From an uncultured archaeon (GTDB lineage Archaea > Asgardarchaeota > Lokiarchaeia > Sigyniarchaeales > SOKP01), in NCBI GenBank assembly GCA_964486045.1, contig CAZALK010000015.1, positions 77,228-141,227 on the forward strand: a stretch of 64,000 bases of DNA, read 5' to 3'. The notes under the pieces were generated by a model that had not been told where the DNA came from, did no database searches, and saw nothing but the letters and a program-made list of their open reading frames with translations. Below, piece by piece: positions 11,355-21,555 of the stretch; position 1 is the stretch's first letter; every line of letters starts with the position of its first letter. The translations under genes were made by a program, and so were the position numbers.

Positions 11355-11596
11355 GAAAGTCAATTCCAGTTAATAATTATCTTATCATAGAGTACATTAT
11401 CTGGTTTTGGTCAACTAATACGGTATCTAGCATAGTGTCAATTTAAAAGGTTAATCACTTATTTGTGCTATTTATGAGAATAAAAACACTTTACAGACAA
11501 TTTATCTTAATTTTTATAATATTACAATAATCTTGATATATAATTTTAAATTTTGAGCTTTAACGTAGGAAATTTTTTTTAGCAAAAAGCAATACG

Positions 11597-12853
11597 ATGG
11601 ATATTTCGGATTTAAAACTACATCACAATAAAGGGATAATACAACACATAAATCTATTAATGTTTGAGCGTATAGCAGGAACAAAAGGAGAAACTAAAGC
11701 GATAAATTATATTCAAAAAGAATTAAATAATGAAAATGTTGATAACATTCTTGAATCTTTTAAATGGTCTAAAACGATAGATATTTTGGTTAAATCGATA
11801 GCCATTTGTATCTTTTGGTCAACCATCCTTTTTGAGGTAACTATTTTATTAAACCTTGCCTGGTTAATGGTTATTCTTGATTTATTTTTTATTGGGGTTA
11901 TTTATTTTCTTGTAATAAACTTCTACGATATGACTCATTTAATGTTACTAGGTAAAAGGAAAAAATCAAAAAACATTATCGCTAAAGTATCCGCAGTGGA
12001 AAAAAAAGATAAAAGTCCTCTTATTATTTTTACTGCTCACTATGATTCAATTTCAGCAAAATATCCTTATAATTTAAAAAAATTTTTTTATTTATTGGTA
12101 ATAACCATAAGTTTTCCAATTATTTTTTCAACACTTATTATATCTGAATGGACAGTTTTAACATACTTTTTTGATTCTTATAAAACTAATTCATATGCAG
12201 CTTTATTGTCTAAATCCATCGATTTTTCCCATATGTCCCTTATTTTCTTGATTGTCGCCATCCTTATACTTCTATTTAATAGAGAACGAAGTCAGTCGTT
12301 GGGTTCAATTGACAATGCCAGTGGAGTTTCAATTTTAATTGAGCTTGCAAAAATTTTAAACAAAAATCCTCTGAAGCACATCGATATTATATTCTTATGG
12401 AGCGGGGCTGAAGAATGGGGTTTATGGGGTTCAAAGCAATTCTGTATAAAGCATTTTGACGAATTAAATGAGGAATATGATCTTAATAAATCTTATAACA
12501 TCAATATTGATATGGTAGGGACATACGTCGGACTTATAAACAAAACAGGCATAATCAGGAAAAAAGAGACTGAAAAATTAATCAATTTTTTAGATTCCTC
12601 AGCAAAAAAATTAAACGTGCCCTTAGATAAATATAATTTAGCTTTAGAACCAAGAAGCGACCATAATACATTTCGATCATTTGCTAAAAAAACCAGAAAA
12701 AAAATGCAATCATGTTGCTTTTTATCTAATCAAGATTCAAAATACATTCATTCTTCGAGAGATACCCCAAATAAGTGTTCATCTAAAAATCTTAATTGGT
12801 GTGTCGATATTTGTTATGATGCTATTAAAAATTTAGATTTGGAAACAATGTAG
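11597..12853 (+). CDS. Membrane-bound M28 family peptidase
   Basis: AHYDS, DNASG, AEEWG, NIDMVG, SDH and IHS zinc-site motifs plus TM helices. Confidence 0.9.
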   Translation: MDISDLKLHHNKGIIQHINLLMFERIAGTKGETKAINYIQKELNNENVDNILESFKWSKTIDILVKSIAICIFWSTILFEVTILLNLAWLMVILDLFFIGVIYFLVINFYDMTHLMLLGKRKKSKNIIAKVSAVEKKDKSPLIIFTAHYDSISAKYPYNLKKFFYLLVITISFPIIFSTLIISEWTVLTYFFDSYKTNSYAALLSKSIDFSHMSLIFLIVAILILLFNRERSQSLGSIDNASGVSILIELAKILNKNPLKHIDIIFLWSGAEEWGLWGSKQFCIKHFDELNEEYDLNKSYNINIDMVGTYVGLINKTGIIRKKETEKLINFLDSSAKKLNVPLDKYNLALEPRSDHNTFRSFAKKTRKKMQSCCFLSNQDSKYIHSSRDTPNKCSSKNLNWCVDICYDAIKNLDLETM

Positions 12854-13081
12854 ACTAAATGAGGCAAAATATCTTATGAAACCTTGAATTAATATTAATT
12901 GTTAGACTTTAACCATATTCTTTTGTTAAGAATTTCCGCCTACAAGCACTATATTGTATTTTCTCCTATTTTTTGGTAATAATCACTTTTAAAATAATCC
13001 AACTCCAAAGGGGGAAATTTGAAAAACAGCGCTAAGCTAATTTTTTTCTTTTAGCAGCACTAAAAATATAAATAATTCCGA

Positions 13082-13564
13082 TTACCACACTATAGGTAGA
13101 CGGTAATCTGGAAAGAGTGCTGAGTAAATTGCTAAAAAAATAAAGATTATTGCCGTTAATATTATTATAAGAACGATTAATCCCGTAATATCTCGTGGTG
13201 AAAACCGAGTTCTAGTTTTTATTTTGTGTTTAGGGATTGCAACTTTCTCAATTAACCAATTTTTATAAGATTTTGTTAACTTTCCCTTTTCTAATGGATT
13301 TTCTCCTGAAGATCCCTTAAAAAATTCTTGAGTTTCTACAGAATTTATCGCAAGATATGCTTTTTTGATTCTTACTCTCTCAAATGCAAAATCAATACTT
13401 GAAAAGCTGATGATTATAATGGGTACTGATATATACCAATAAAAAAATACGAGCAATACAAAACGAATAACAAATTGGAAATAAAATGTTGCTACCATGA
13501 TGGATATAATAATAACACCAATAAAAGCAAAACATTTTGTGTCTTCCTTAGATGGTAAAGGCAT
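13082..13564 (-). CDS. Hypothetical membrane protein
   Basis: 160 aa with about 3 TM segments. Confidence 0.65.
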   Translation of the reverse strand: MPLPSKEDTKCFAFIGVIIISIMVATFYFQFVIRFVLLVFFYWYISVPIIIISFSSIDFAFERVRIKKAYLAINSVETQEFFKGSSGENPLEKGKLTKSYKNWLIEKVAIPKHKIKTRTRFSPRDITGLIVLIIILTAIIFIFLAIYSALFPDYRLPIVW

Positions 13565-13921
13565 GAAAATAATCTCTTTTTTATATAAAGACTTTTATTG
13601 TTTTGTGTTAATTAAATTTTCATTTAATTATTTATCTTACCATTTTAAAGCATAAAAAAGTTTGATATAAAAATTCTAACTTTAAATTAGAGATGATCAG
13701 ATGGAAGAAAAATTATGGGGAATTTTAGGCTTGTACAAACTCCTACATGATATTTTTACTGAAATCTTTAATAAAATAATCTAAACTTGAAAATCATGGA
13801 TTATTTCAATGATTTTATATCTTAACATGGAAATTTCTCTTCTATTAACAATTATCGATCCTTTCCTTATTTTCTATTACGTTTTCATTAGGTTGCACCT
13901 ATCTTTCTCTATACAGACAAA

Positions 13922-14161
13922 ATTAACTGGAATTTTAAAGTTAAACGAAGTTTGGTAATATGGGGGGACCAAATGGTACGCAAGGGGCCACTCAGTTTTA
14001 TTAATCCACTTCTTAAAAATGAGCTCTTTTTTATGGCCCCAATTTTAGCTTCATTAGTCTATCATGATATGATTTGGTATCCTACTGTAGGAAAACGTAG
14101 AATTAAGAGATTCATGAAAACAGAGTGGGGTAAGGTATTCAAAAATTATCCAAAAAATTAG
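13922..14161 (+). pseudogene. 3' remnant of a second DUF362 allele
   Basis: Encodes INWNFKVKRSLVIWGDQMVRKG...VFKNYP, matching the last ~79 aa of 10182..11354; no 5' part present. Confidence 0.85.
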
Positions 14162-14196
14162 CATCTTACAATCCTAATAATACATTAAGTGGGTAA

Positions 14197-14979
14197 TCAG
14201 TTTAATAATGTTTTTAGAATCTCTGTAAAATTAATAGGTATTTTTTGCTCCTCAATGCGTAAATGCACAAGAAATTCAATTGAGTTTTTAATATCTGAAA
14301 GTAGTGCTTTAATTATTCCAAACGGATTAAATTTATTCTTAATACACCATTCAATTAAATCGACAAGAATATGATAAAGAAATGAAGAATTTTCCGCAAT
14401 TCTAAATTTTTGCTTTTTCCTAAATTGACTCTCAAACAAAGGTTTTACTAATGCTAAAATATCCCCATCTTTCTTTAAAAATTGCTTTACATTAGGGAGG
14501 ATAGATTTCAGTGAAGTAAAGGTAACATCTATAGTACAAACATCAATTTTTTCATTAATATCAATCATTTCACGTGCATCCACGCCTAGAAACGGAATCA
14601 CTTTTTCCTTCATCTTCTCACACCGGAAAGAAGGATGTAACCGATCTAAGGTGATATCTACAGCGTAAATCCTTTTAGCTCCACGTTGCAGTAGGCAATC
14701 TGTAAATCCTCCTGTTGAAGCCCCAATATCAACACAAATTCTATCTTCAACCCGAATCGAAAATTCATCTAATGCTGCTTCTAATTTCAATCCACCACGA
14801 CTCACATAGGGAAATTTTTTTTGAAGTTGTATCTCGTAGGAATTGTCAACTTTTTTACCTGGTTTTGTTATTTTGATTCCATTTACAATTACATGCCCCT
14901 TCCTTATTAGCCATTGTGCTTTTGTCCGGCTCTCTACTAGCGCTCTGTTGACTAATAATATATCAATTCTCTCTTTCAT
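14197..14979 (-). CDS. tlyA: TlyA family rRNA methyltransferase (S4 + FtsJ-like)
   Basis: ERIDILL S4 domain, YVSRGGLKL, DIGASTGGFTD, LVKPLFE. Confidence 0.92.
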   Translation of the reverse strand: MKERIDILLVNRALVESRTKAQWLIRKGHVIVNGIKITKPGKKVDNSYEIQLQKKFPYVSRGGLKLEAALDEFSIRVEDRICVDIGASTGGFTDCLLQRGAKRIYAVDITLDRLHPSFRCEKMKEKVIPFLGVDAREMIDINEKIDVCTIDVTFTSLKSILPNVKQFLKKDGDILALVKPLFESQFRKKQKFRIAENSSFLYHILVDLIEWCIKNKFNPFGIIKALLSDIKNSIEFLVHLRIEEQKIPINFTEILKTLLN

Positions 14980-14982
14980 AAG

Positions 14983-16098
14983 TTATGGCTTAGCATCTCT
15001 TTTATTTATTATTACCTCAATTTTCCGTGTCAGTGCTAGACTTAATCTACCCACTTGTACTTTTAATGAGGCCTTTCTTTCAAATTTCTTATAAATTTCC
15101 CTTAATATAAATCCCATTGAAAAAAATGCTGTGGCTGCAAAGACCCAAATGCTAATCAAATCTAGTTTGTTTAAGAAAAGAAAATACAATAAGTTATGAG
15201 CTAGGTAAATTGTGAGAGAATAGTACGAGTAGTAGAATATTAATTTATAGCTCCTTTTTGTTCTAAGAATATTAAATTTTTCGATCGTTAATAAGATAGA
15301 AAGCAAAAATAAATCAATTCCAATCGAATATACTACCCATGACAAACTTTCCCTTATCAGAAATTGAGGAAACTGGATAAGAACACCAGACATTATCATA
15401 AAAATTCCAATTAAAGTTGTGGGAATTAACAATCTTTTTTTAAAGACTGAATTATTATTCTCTTCCTTATTCATAGAACTAGTCTCATGGATTAAATCTC
15501 CTATAACAGTTCCGATTATGAAAAATGGGAAAAATATTAGAATCGGATCCTGGTGGATAATATTATACAGTATATGGAATATTAAACCAATAATATTCGA
15601 TTCACCTTGAAATGGTAATAACCATGAAACAATAATAAAATGGACAAATAAAATTGCAAATGCAATGAAGATCCTAAAATATTTGTGAATCTTTAGTAGT
15701 GGCCAAGTTAAAAAAATTGAAACCGCCGAGGTTAATAACACAAACCACGTCCAAATCATAGTTGGATCTTTTAGTACAATCGCGGTTGGTATGTTGTAAA
15801 TAATGGCGATTATGAAAATAAAGAATGCTCGAAGAAAATATGAATTTTTCACCATTCTATAATTAAATTCTTTCGATTCTTTTACTTCATTTAATCTACG
15901 TCTATGTGAAATAGTAATACTAACCCCTGAAATGAATAAAAAACCTGAGGCACCAATAGGGTCTATTATCATTATCACTACCGTATGTAGCCAACTGTAC
16001 TCAGTCTTTAACCACCAATCAATTAAATGAGCTAACACCATCCATCCCATACAAGCTCCACGAAATATATCAATACTCCTTAATCTGCTAGGTTTCAT
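14983..16098 (-). CDS. DUF1624 / HGSNAT-like membrane acyltransferase
   Basis: RLRSIDIFRG...H, FLFISG and SLTIYLAH motifs; multi-TM. Confidence 0.8.
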   Translation of the reverse strand: MKPSRLRSIDIFRGACMGWMVLAHLIDWWLKTEYSWLHTVVIMIIDPIGASGFLFISGVSITISHRRRLNEVKESKEFNYRMVKNSYFLRAFFIFIIAIIYNIPTAIVLKDPTMIWTWFVLLTSAVSIFLTWPLLKIHKYFRIFIAFAILFVHFIIVSWLLPFQGESNIIGLIFHILYNIIHQDPILIFFPFFIIGTVIGDLIHETSSMNKEENNNSVFKKRLLIPTTLIGIFMIMSGVLIQFPQFLIRESLSWVVYSIGIDLFLLSILLTIEKFNILRTKRSYKLIFYYSYYSLTIYLAHNLLYFLFLNKLDLISIWVFAATAFFSMGFILREIYKKFERKASLKVQVGRLSLALTRKIEVIINKRDAKP

Positions 16099-16200
16099 GT
16101 TTAAAAAGTTTTAATTATTGACTGTTTTTTGACCTCCAGTAAAATCAGTCTATTAGGAAGATTTAAAGCTGAATATAATTAATATTGTTCCTTTAATACC

Positions 16201-17061
16201 TCAAATTGGCTTAATTCTCAATCCATTAATCAATTCGGAAGATTTACTTAGTGAAATGTCATTATCTAATAGTTTTTTCAAAATTTCTTTCAAAATTAAT
16301 GTTTCATCCTGAGCTTCATTTAAATCATATGCTTCATTTTTTTGGTAGTTTATATTCTTAGATTTATTCTGTTTTATAATTTGGTAATAATTTTGAGAAT
16401 TAACTTCAATACCTTTACGCGTTGCAATTAATAATGCAGAAATTTCATGCTTGGTCTTTACCCGTTTTCCTTTATCTTGGATTTTAATTTTAGAAGTTTT
16501 TGATTCATCAATTAAATAAACTTTAATAGATTTTCGGTTTTTAAAAGTTTCATAAACTCGCTTTAATAAATCAATAGTTACTGGTATGATCCCCCTACCA
16601 AATTTGAAGGTAAAACGCATAGGTTTTGAACCTTCCTTTTGAAAACAAAGAATATAATCATTAATAATTTCAAGAAGTTTTTCTTTTTTATAGATTGTGT
16701 GAGATTGTAAATAAAAATCATCCAAAAAAACGACAATTCCAATTTGGCTTGTACCTGGATCAATAGAAAATGTTAAATTTGAATAACTCTCCTTAAATTC
16801 TATTTTATATGCCGCTAATATTTTTAAAATATAATGGTGAAAATTTTCATTCTTGTCGTACGGAAGAATTTTCAATTTTTTATAGTTATCGTCAAATTTA
16901 TGAATTTCTTCAGATGTTGTAAGAACTATCGAAGGAAGAGTATGGAATTTTCTTTGTACAGTTAGAATTTTGAAATTAACATTCAATCGAATCAATTCTC
17001 TGTTTAACTTATAGAAAAAATTTAAATTTTCAGTGAAGATGTATAATAATTTCTTAATCAT
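16201..17061 (-). CDS. RNase H-fold (YqgF-like) domain protein
   Basis: SIDPGTSQIG, LIDESKTS and HEISALLIA motifs. Confidence 0.65.
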   Translation of the reverse strand: MIKKLLYIFTENLNFFYKLNRELIRLNVNFKILTVQRKFHTLPSIVLTTSEEIHKFDDNYKKLKILPYDKNENFHHYILKILAAYKIEFKESYSNLTFSIDPGTSQIGIVVFLDDFYLQSHTIYKKEKLLEIINDYILCFQKEGSKPMRFTFKFGRGIIPVTIDLLKRVYETFKNRKSIKVYLIDESKTSKIKIQDKGKRVKTKHEISALLIATRKGIEVNSQNYYQIIKQNKSKNINYQKNEAYDLNEAQDETLILKEILKKLLDNDISLSKSSELINGLRIKPI

Positions 17062-17142
17062 GATTAACTGTCGTTAAATATATTATTATACAAAGGGAAA
17101 AAAAGTCTTTTGTAATACAAATGAGATATGTAGCAACCAAAC

Positions 17143-17164
17143 GTAATACAATTGAAAGCAAGAA
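17143..17164 (+). repeat. Direct repeat copy 1 (GTAATACAATTGAAAGCAAGAA)
   Basis: Identical 22-mer at 19926-19947; similarity extends 5' to TAGCAA at 17131 and 19913. Confidence 0.85.
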
Positions 17165-17191
17165 TTTGAATATAATAAATCTCTTTAAAAA

Positions 17192-17554
17192 TTAATCTTG
17201 AAAGTTTTTTAATAGAAACTTAAGGGCTTTAATTCCTTTATCTGATATTTTATACTTTATATATCCATCTTCTTTTCTCTTTCTATCACTTTTATCAATT
17301 AAATCATATCTCAAAAAGCATTTTATATATCTGAAAACCGAACTCCTTTTCATTATAGACATTTTAGAAATTTCTTCAATTAGGTTTTTACATAAAAGTT
17401 GAGGCTGTTCATTTATGAATTTAAGTAAAGTGATTCCTTTCTCGTTTAAAAAATTAATAATCGGAAGTCGATTATCAAACCTGAACGTCAATGATTTTCT
17501 CATAACTAAAATATGGAGGTATTTTATAAAAATATATCTCAAAATTTGACACAT
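17192..17554 (-). CDS. Winged-helix transcription regulator
   Basis: KRSSVFRYIKCFLRYDLI...YKISDKG wHTH pattern; likely start ATG 17503. Confidence 0.7.
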   Translation of the reverse strand: MCQILRYIFIKYLHILVMRKSLTFRFDNRLPIINFLNEKGITLLKFINEQPQLLCKNLIEEISKMSIMKRSSVFRYIKCFLRYDLIDKSDRKRKEDGYIKYKISDKGIKALKFLLKNFQD

Positions 17555-17560
17555 GTCAAA
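17545..17560. promoter_or_regulatory. Inverted repeat, putative operator (TTTGACA-CA-TGTCAAA)
   Basis: Perfect 7-bp arms in the divergent region upstream of the wHTH gene's likely start. Confidence 0.4.
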
Positions 17561-17790
17561 AAAATGTACATCTCTGAAATTTGTCGAGGAATCTAAAACA
17601 TCTAATTTTATATTTTATTTTCAAATTTGATTTATATGGTTCACCCAATATTAACATAAAATTATCTAATAAGGGAAAATCCAAAATTTTGGGTAGAGTT
17701 TATATTTTTTAAAAATAATAATTATTATTAAATAATTTTAAATAAAATAATTGTTTACATATTATTTAGCATCTAAGAGATGGAGAGAGA

Positions 17791-18096
17791 ATGGAAGTAT
17801 ATACACCTGCTTTTATAAAGATTAGGGAATTACTTCAAGTAGAACTACTAAAATATATTGGCGAAAATATTGCCGTTAATTCCAATGATATAAATGAATT
17901 TATAATGGTTCTTAAAGAGAAAAGTAAACATGATAACAAAAATTTTAATTTAATTGAATTTACATATAGTTACCCATATAGTTCTCAAGTTCAAGATTTA
18001 TTAGTTGATTTAGTCAGACGATGTATCGTAAAGCAAACAAGAGATGGATATCAATTAACTAGCCATGGTCTAAGCTTGATTGGAAATGATATATGA
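17791..18096 (+). CDS. Small winged-helix protein (YwgA/SocA-like)
   Basis: F..SYPYSSQVQDLLVDL and YQLTSHG; coupled to the HD gene by an ATGA overlap. Confidence 0.6.
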   Translation: MEVYTPAFIKIRELLQVELLKYIGENIAVNSNDINEFIMVLKEKSKHDNKNFNLIEFTYSYPYSSQVQDLLVDLVRRCIVKQTRDGYQLTSHGLSLIGNDI

Positions 18097-19808
18097 ACCT
18101 CAATAGCAAAATTAATGATATTATTAATTTTATTTTTGATAAATTTGGAATGACAGAAGATTTTCCAGAGAAACCCAAATTACATATTCATGATAATGTT
18201 TTTGGAACCTTAACTTTTACTGATTATGAGCGAAAGGTTGTTAATTCTCCACTTTTACAGAGATTGACTCAAATAACACAAATGGGATTAGCCAATTTTG
18301 TATATCCTGGTGCTGTTCATAATAGATTTTCTCATAGTCTAGGGGTGTCTCATATTTCTGCAAAAATTTATCGTCAATTAATGGAATCAGATACTGGACG
18401 TGACAAAACAAATATAAAAGAAGACATTAATACTTTGAAGTTAGCGGGATTACTTCATGATATTGGGCATTGTCCGTTCTCCCATGTTTCTGATGATGTT
18501 ATCAAAACTTCAACTCATTTTAATGATATCCCTAAAGCTAATATTGATTCTGAGATTTGCTCTCGAACAGGTGAGCAAGGTGATAACAAAAATATCCATG
18601 AGTTTTTAGGGTTTCACCTTTTGAAATCTAATCGAGTAGAAAATTTAATAAATACAATTTATAAATGTGTCCCATTTGATTTTGAATTAATTCCTTTATG
18701 TGTTACAGGCAATTTATTACCTTTTAATAATGAAAATGGTCTATGTCACCAAATTTTCGATGATAAATATAAGACATTACTAATAAAAATAATTAATGGA
18801 TTTTCTGATTCAGATAAAATTGATTATATATTACGAGATTCTCAATTTTCGGGATTACCACTCCCTGCAGATATCGATAGATTAATTTCATTTTTTGAAA
18901 TTATATCTCATCAAGATACTTATGAATTAGGCGTATCTGAGAAAGGTGCAAGAGCTTTTAATTTATTACTTCAATCAAAAACAAAGATGTTTCCAACTGT
19001 TTATCAACATCACACTACATTAGCTTGTGAATCTCTATTAGTATTTGGAATAATTGATGCTATGCGAAATGTAAATGAAGCCACAGTAAATATTGATACT
19101 GAAAAATGGCATCCTATCGAATGTGGCGTCGATCTTCTTTATTATACTGATGGGTCATTATTAGATTATTTAAGAATAATAGATAATCCAATTTCTAATG
19201 ATGTTGTAAATAGACTTTTAAATAGAAGACATTATAGGACAATTAGACGTATATTTACTTGGGAACTCAGAAATGAGTTAATAGTGTCAAGAAAGGTTTT
19301 TAGAGAAGACTTAAAAAACAGTGGATTATTTTCAGACTTCCAAAAACTATTAGATGAGGGAAAGATGGGACAATATACTGTAGAAATGAATTTATCTTAT
19401 ATGAAATATGAAGCTATAAGAGAAAAAAGAATTGATGAATTTTATAAAGAATTTGATTCAAGAGATAAAATGCTTAGTTTTAAGAGAAAGATGATCAATA
19501 AGGAACCTTATATTTTAAAGAAATTGAATAAAAATTTTCCCAATGTTGATGAAGACACATTAATAGATTATACTATATGTGTCCGAATTGCTGGAACTCT
19601 ATCTGACAAACCATATCAACAACCGTATGTAAAGAGATTAAACAGGTTTAAGAATGAAACCGAATTATTATCATTATCGCAGATGGGATTTGTAGAGCCT
19701 CAAGCATTAGATTATCAACACATCACTTTCTATTCACTACCTAAGTTTTCAGACATATTAAGACCACATATAAATGATTATTTACAAGAAAAATTATTTA
19801 CTAATTAG
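18093..19808 (+). CDS. HD-superfamily phosphohydrolase (COG1078; YwfO/SAMHD1-like dNTPase)
   Basis: QRL..I.Q.G, VYPGAVHNRFSHSLG, LHDIGHCPFSH, HE, DSDKIDYILRD, VYQH. Confidence 0.92.
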   Translation: MNLNSKINDIINFIFDKFGMTEDFPEKPKLHIHDNVFGTLTFTDYERKVVNSPLLQRLTQITQMGLANFVYPGAVHNRFSHSLGVSHISAKIYRQLMESDTGRDKTNIKEDINTLKLAGLLHDIGHCPFSHVSDDVIKTSTHFNDIPKANIDSEICSRTGEQGDNKNIHEFLGFHLLKSNRVENLINTIYKCVPFDFELIPLCVTGNLLPFNNENGLCHQIFDDKYKTLLIKIINGFSDSDKIDYILRDSQFSGLPLPADIDRLISFFEIISHQDTYELGVSEKGARAFNLLLQSKTKMFPTVYQHHTTLACESLLVFGIIDAMRNVNEATVNIDTEKWHPIECGVDLLYYTDGSLLDYLRIIDNPISNDVVNRLLNRRHYRTIRRIFTWELRNELIVSRKVFREDLKNSGLFSDFQKLLDEGKMGQYTVEMNLSYMKYEAIREKRIDEFYKEFDSRDKMLSFKRKMINKEPYILKKLNKNFPNVDEDTLIDYTICVRIAGTLSDKPYQQPYVKRLNRFKNETELLSLSQMGFVEPQALDYQHITFYSLPKFSDILRPHINDYLQEKLFTN

Positions 19809-19839
19809 TTAGATTAAAAAGAGTAAAATAATAATCAAC

Positions 19840-19850
19840 TTTTTTTTTTT
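19840..19850 (+). terminator. Oligo-T terminator candidate after the HD gene
   Basis: T11 run about 30 nt after the stop codon. Confidence 0.4.
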
Positions 19851-19925
19851 AATTTTCTGAACTTATAAAGTGTAGTATCATCTCTAAAAATAAAGCACTT
19901 TTTATACGTAAATAGCAATTGAAAT

Positions 19926-19947
19926 GTAATACAATTGAAAGCAAGAA
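19926..19947 (+). repeat. Direct repeat copy 2 (GTAATACAATTGAAAGCAAGAA)
   Basis: Identical to 17143-17164. Confidence 0.85.
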
Positions 19948-20178
19948 GAACAGGTGAATTATTTTTTCTTTATAATTTTCTCAAAGTGCCTATTCTTGAG
20001 CAAAGGAAATGAATCCCAGAAAATATAAAAGATAAAAATAAATGGAAATTATTAAAATTAAGAACCCTATTCATTATTAATCTTTAAATACGAATTGTAA
20101 ATAAATTATAAAATATTAACAGTAGTATTGACGAACTTCTCAAAGATATGTTAGAAAACTTAAGAGGATTATAAAAAG

Positions 20179-20391
20179 ATGCTAGAATGTGACTTTTGTA
20201 ACAAGAATCGGGTTGTTACAATAAAATTAGAATTATTTAACTCAGAAATTGATGAGGATCCAGAAGATTTAGATTCAAAAAGAATTTGCATGATATGTCT
20301 TGAAAAAAGAAATTGGAAAATAGATATAAGGGAAGTTTTACAATTTGAAATAGAAGATTCAGTAGATTTTCCAGAGGATTTTGAAGGGTGA
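20179..20391 (+). CDS. Small CxxC-CxxC zinc-finger protein
   Basis: CDFC...CMIC; upstream GAGG; first gene of the ParB operon. Confidence 0.6.
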   Translation: MLECDFCNKNRVVTIKLELFNSEIDEDPEDLDSKRICMICLEKRNWKIDIREVLQFEIEDSVDFPEDFEG

Positions 20392-20398
20392 ATAAAAA

Positions 20399-21469
20399 AT
20401 GAAAATAAAAATCGCAAATATGGATGTTGGTAAATTTGCCATAAGAGAGAAATTTGAAGATGAACATGTGAAAGAAATTATAGAAAGTTTTAAAGTAGAT
20501 GGACAATGGAATCCAATAATTGTCAGACCAATAGAAGATGGAAGATATGAACTCATTGCAGGGCATTATCGTTTACAAGCGGGTAAAGAATTGGGTTGGG
20601 AAGAAATTGAAGCTACTATTAAAGATTTAGCAGATGATGATGCAGATATATTATCTCTAAAGACTAATTTATTGCATTCTGACATGACAGCCACAGAAAA
20701 AGGAAAAGTTATAAATAAAATTATAACAAAATATGGAATTACCCAAACAGATTTAGCAAAAAAACTGGGCATAAGTGAATCTTCAATTAGTAGATTCTTA
20801 ACTCTGGCACTATCATTACATGAAGATGTTTCAACTGCTTTAAGTAATGGTGAAATTAACTATGCTGTTGCTGTGATCATAGGGAGTTTCAAATTGAAAG
20901 ACCAACCAAAATTCTTGGAAATAATCTTGGAACGGAAAATCTCATCCCCAGAAGATGCAAGTAAATTAAAAGCGAAATTTCTTAACGATACAATCTATAC
21001 AATCGGTTATCAGGGAAAAAAGTCAATTGACTTTATTAAAATACTCCAAAATAATGAAGTAAAAGTTCTTATTGATGTTAGATATTCAGCTAAATCAACC
21101 ATGCTACCAGAGTTCAGTAAAGATGTCTTAAAACGAGATTTAGAACGAAATAAAATAAAATATCGACATTATCCAGAATTGGGAATTCCTTTTGTAATTC
21201 AAGCTCCCTATAAAGATGGGAAACTTTCAGTTGATTGTTTAAAACAATGGTATAAATGGCAAGTAGAAGATAGCGATAAAGTTGATTTCGATAGTGTTAT
21301 GAAATACTTAAAAGATTCAGGACGACCTGCATTAATGTGTATGGAAAAATATGCTAAAAAAATGAGAGATCAGAAATATTCATGCCATAGAGATATTTTA
21401 GCTAATTTAATTCTAAACTATACAACTATAGATTCCTTACTTAAATTTAAGCATAGGATTGATCTCTAA
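20399..21469 (+). CDS. ParB-like + HTH + DUF488 fusion protein
   Basis: PIIVRP..YELIAGHYRLQA (ParB), TQTDLAKKLGISESSISR (HTH), IYTIGY/LIDVR/LMCME/SCHR (DUF488). Confidence 0.85.
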   Translation: MKIKIANMDVGKFAIREKFEDEHVKEIIESFKVDGQWNPIIVRPIEDGRYELIAGHYRLQAGKELGWEEIEATIKDLADDDADILSLKTNLLHSDMTATEKGKVINKIITKYGITQTDLAKKLGISESSISRFLTLALSLHEDVSTALSNGEINYAVAVIIGSFKLKDQPKFLEIILERKISSPEDASKLKAKFLNDTIYTIGYQGKKSIDFIKILQNNEVKVLIDVRYSAKSTMLPEFSKDVLKRDLERNKIKYRHYPELGIPFVIQAPYKDGKLSVDCLKQWYKWQVEDSDKVDFDSVMKYLKDSGRPALMCMEKYAKKMRDQKYSCHRDILANLILNYTTIDSLLKFKHRIDL

Positions 21470-21555
21470 GTGTAATGCTAAGGATGATATATACGTTGAT
21501 GTAAGAATTTTATAAATAATAATTTAGAATATAGATTAGTAAATGGTGATTTTGT

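Noticed and set aside
12931-13019. Inverted repeat AATTTCCGCCT/AGGGGGAAATT as MITE or attC
   Set aside because: Only 11 bp with a mismatch, unstructured interior and no second copy seen.
17111-19947. A true CRISPR array
   Set aside because: Only two good copies 2.8 kb apart, identical bases continue past the repeat end, and no cas genes are in the window.
20389-20433. UGA readthrough of TGA-ending ORFs, e.g. the small zinc-finger gene
   Set aside because: Readthrough here adds only a short meaningless tail. The other TGA-ending ORFs also lack a Cys-type motif at the stop.
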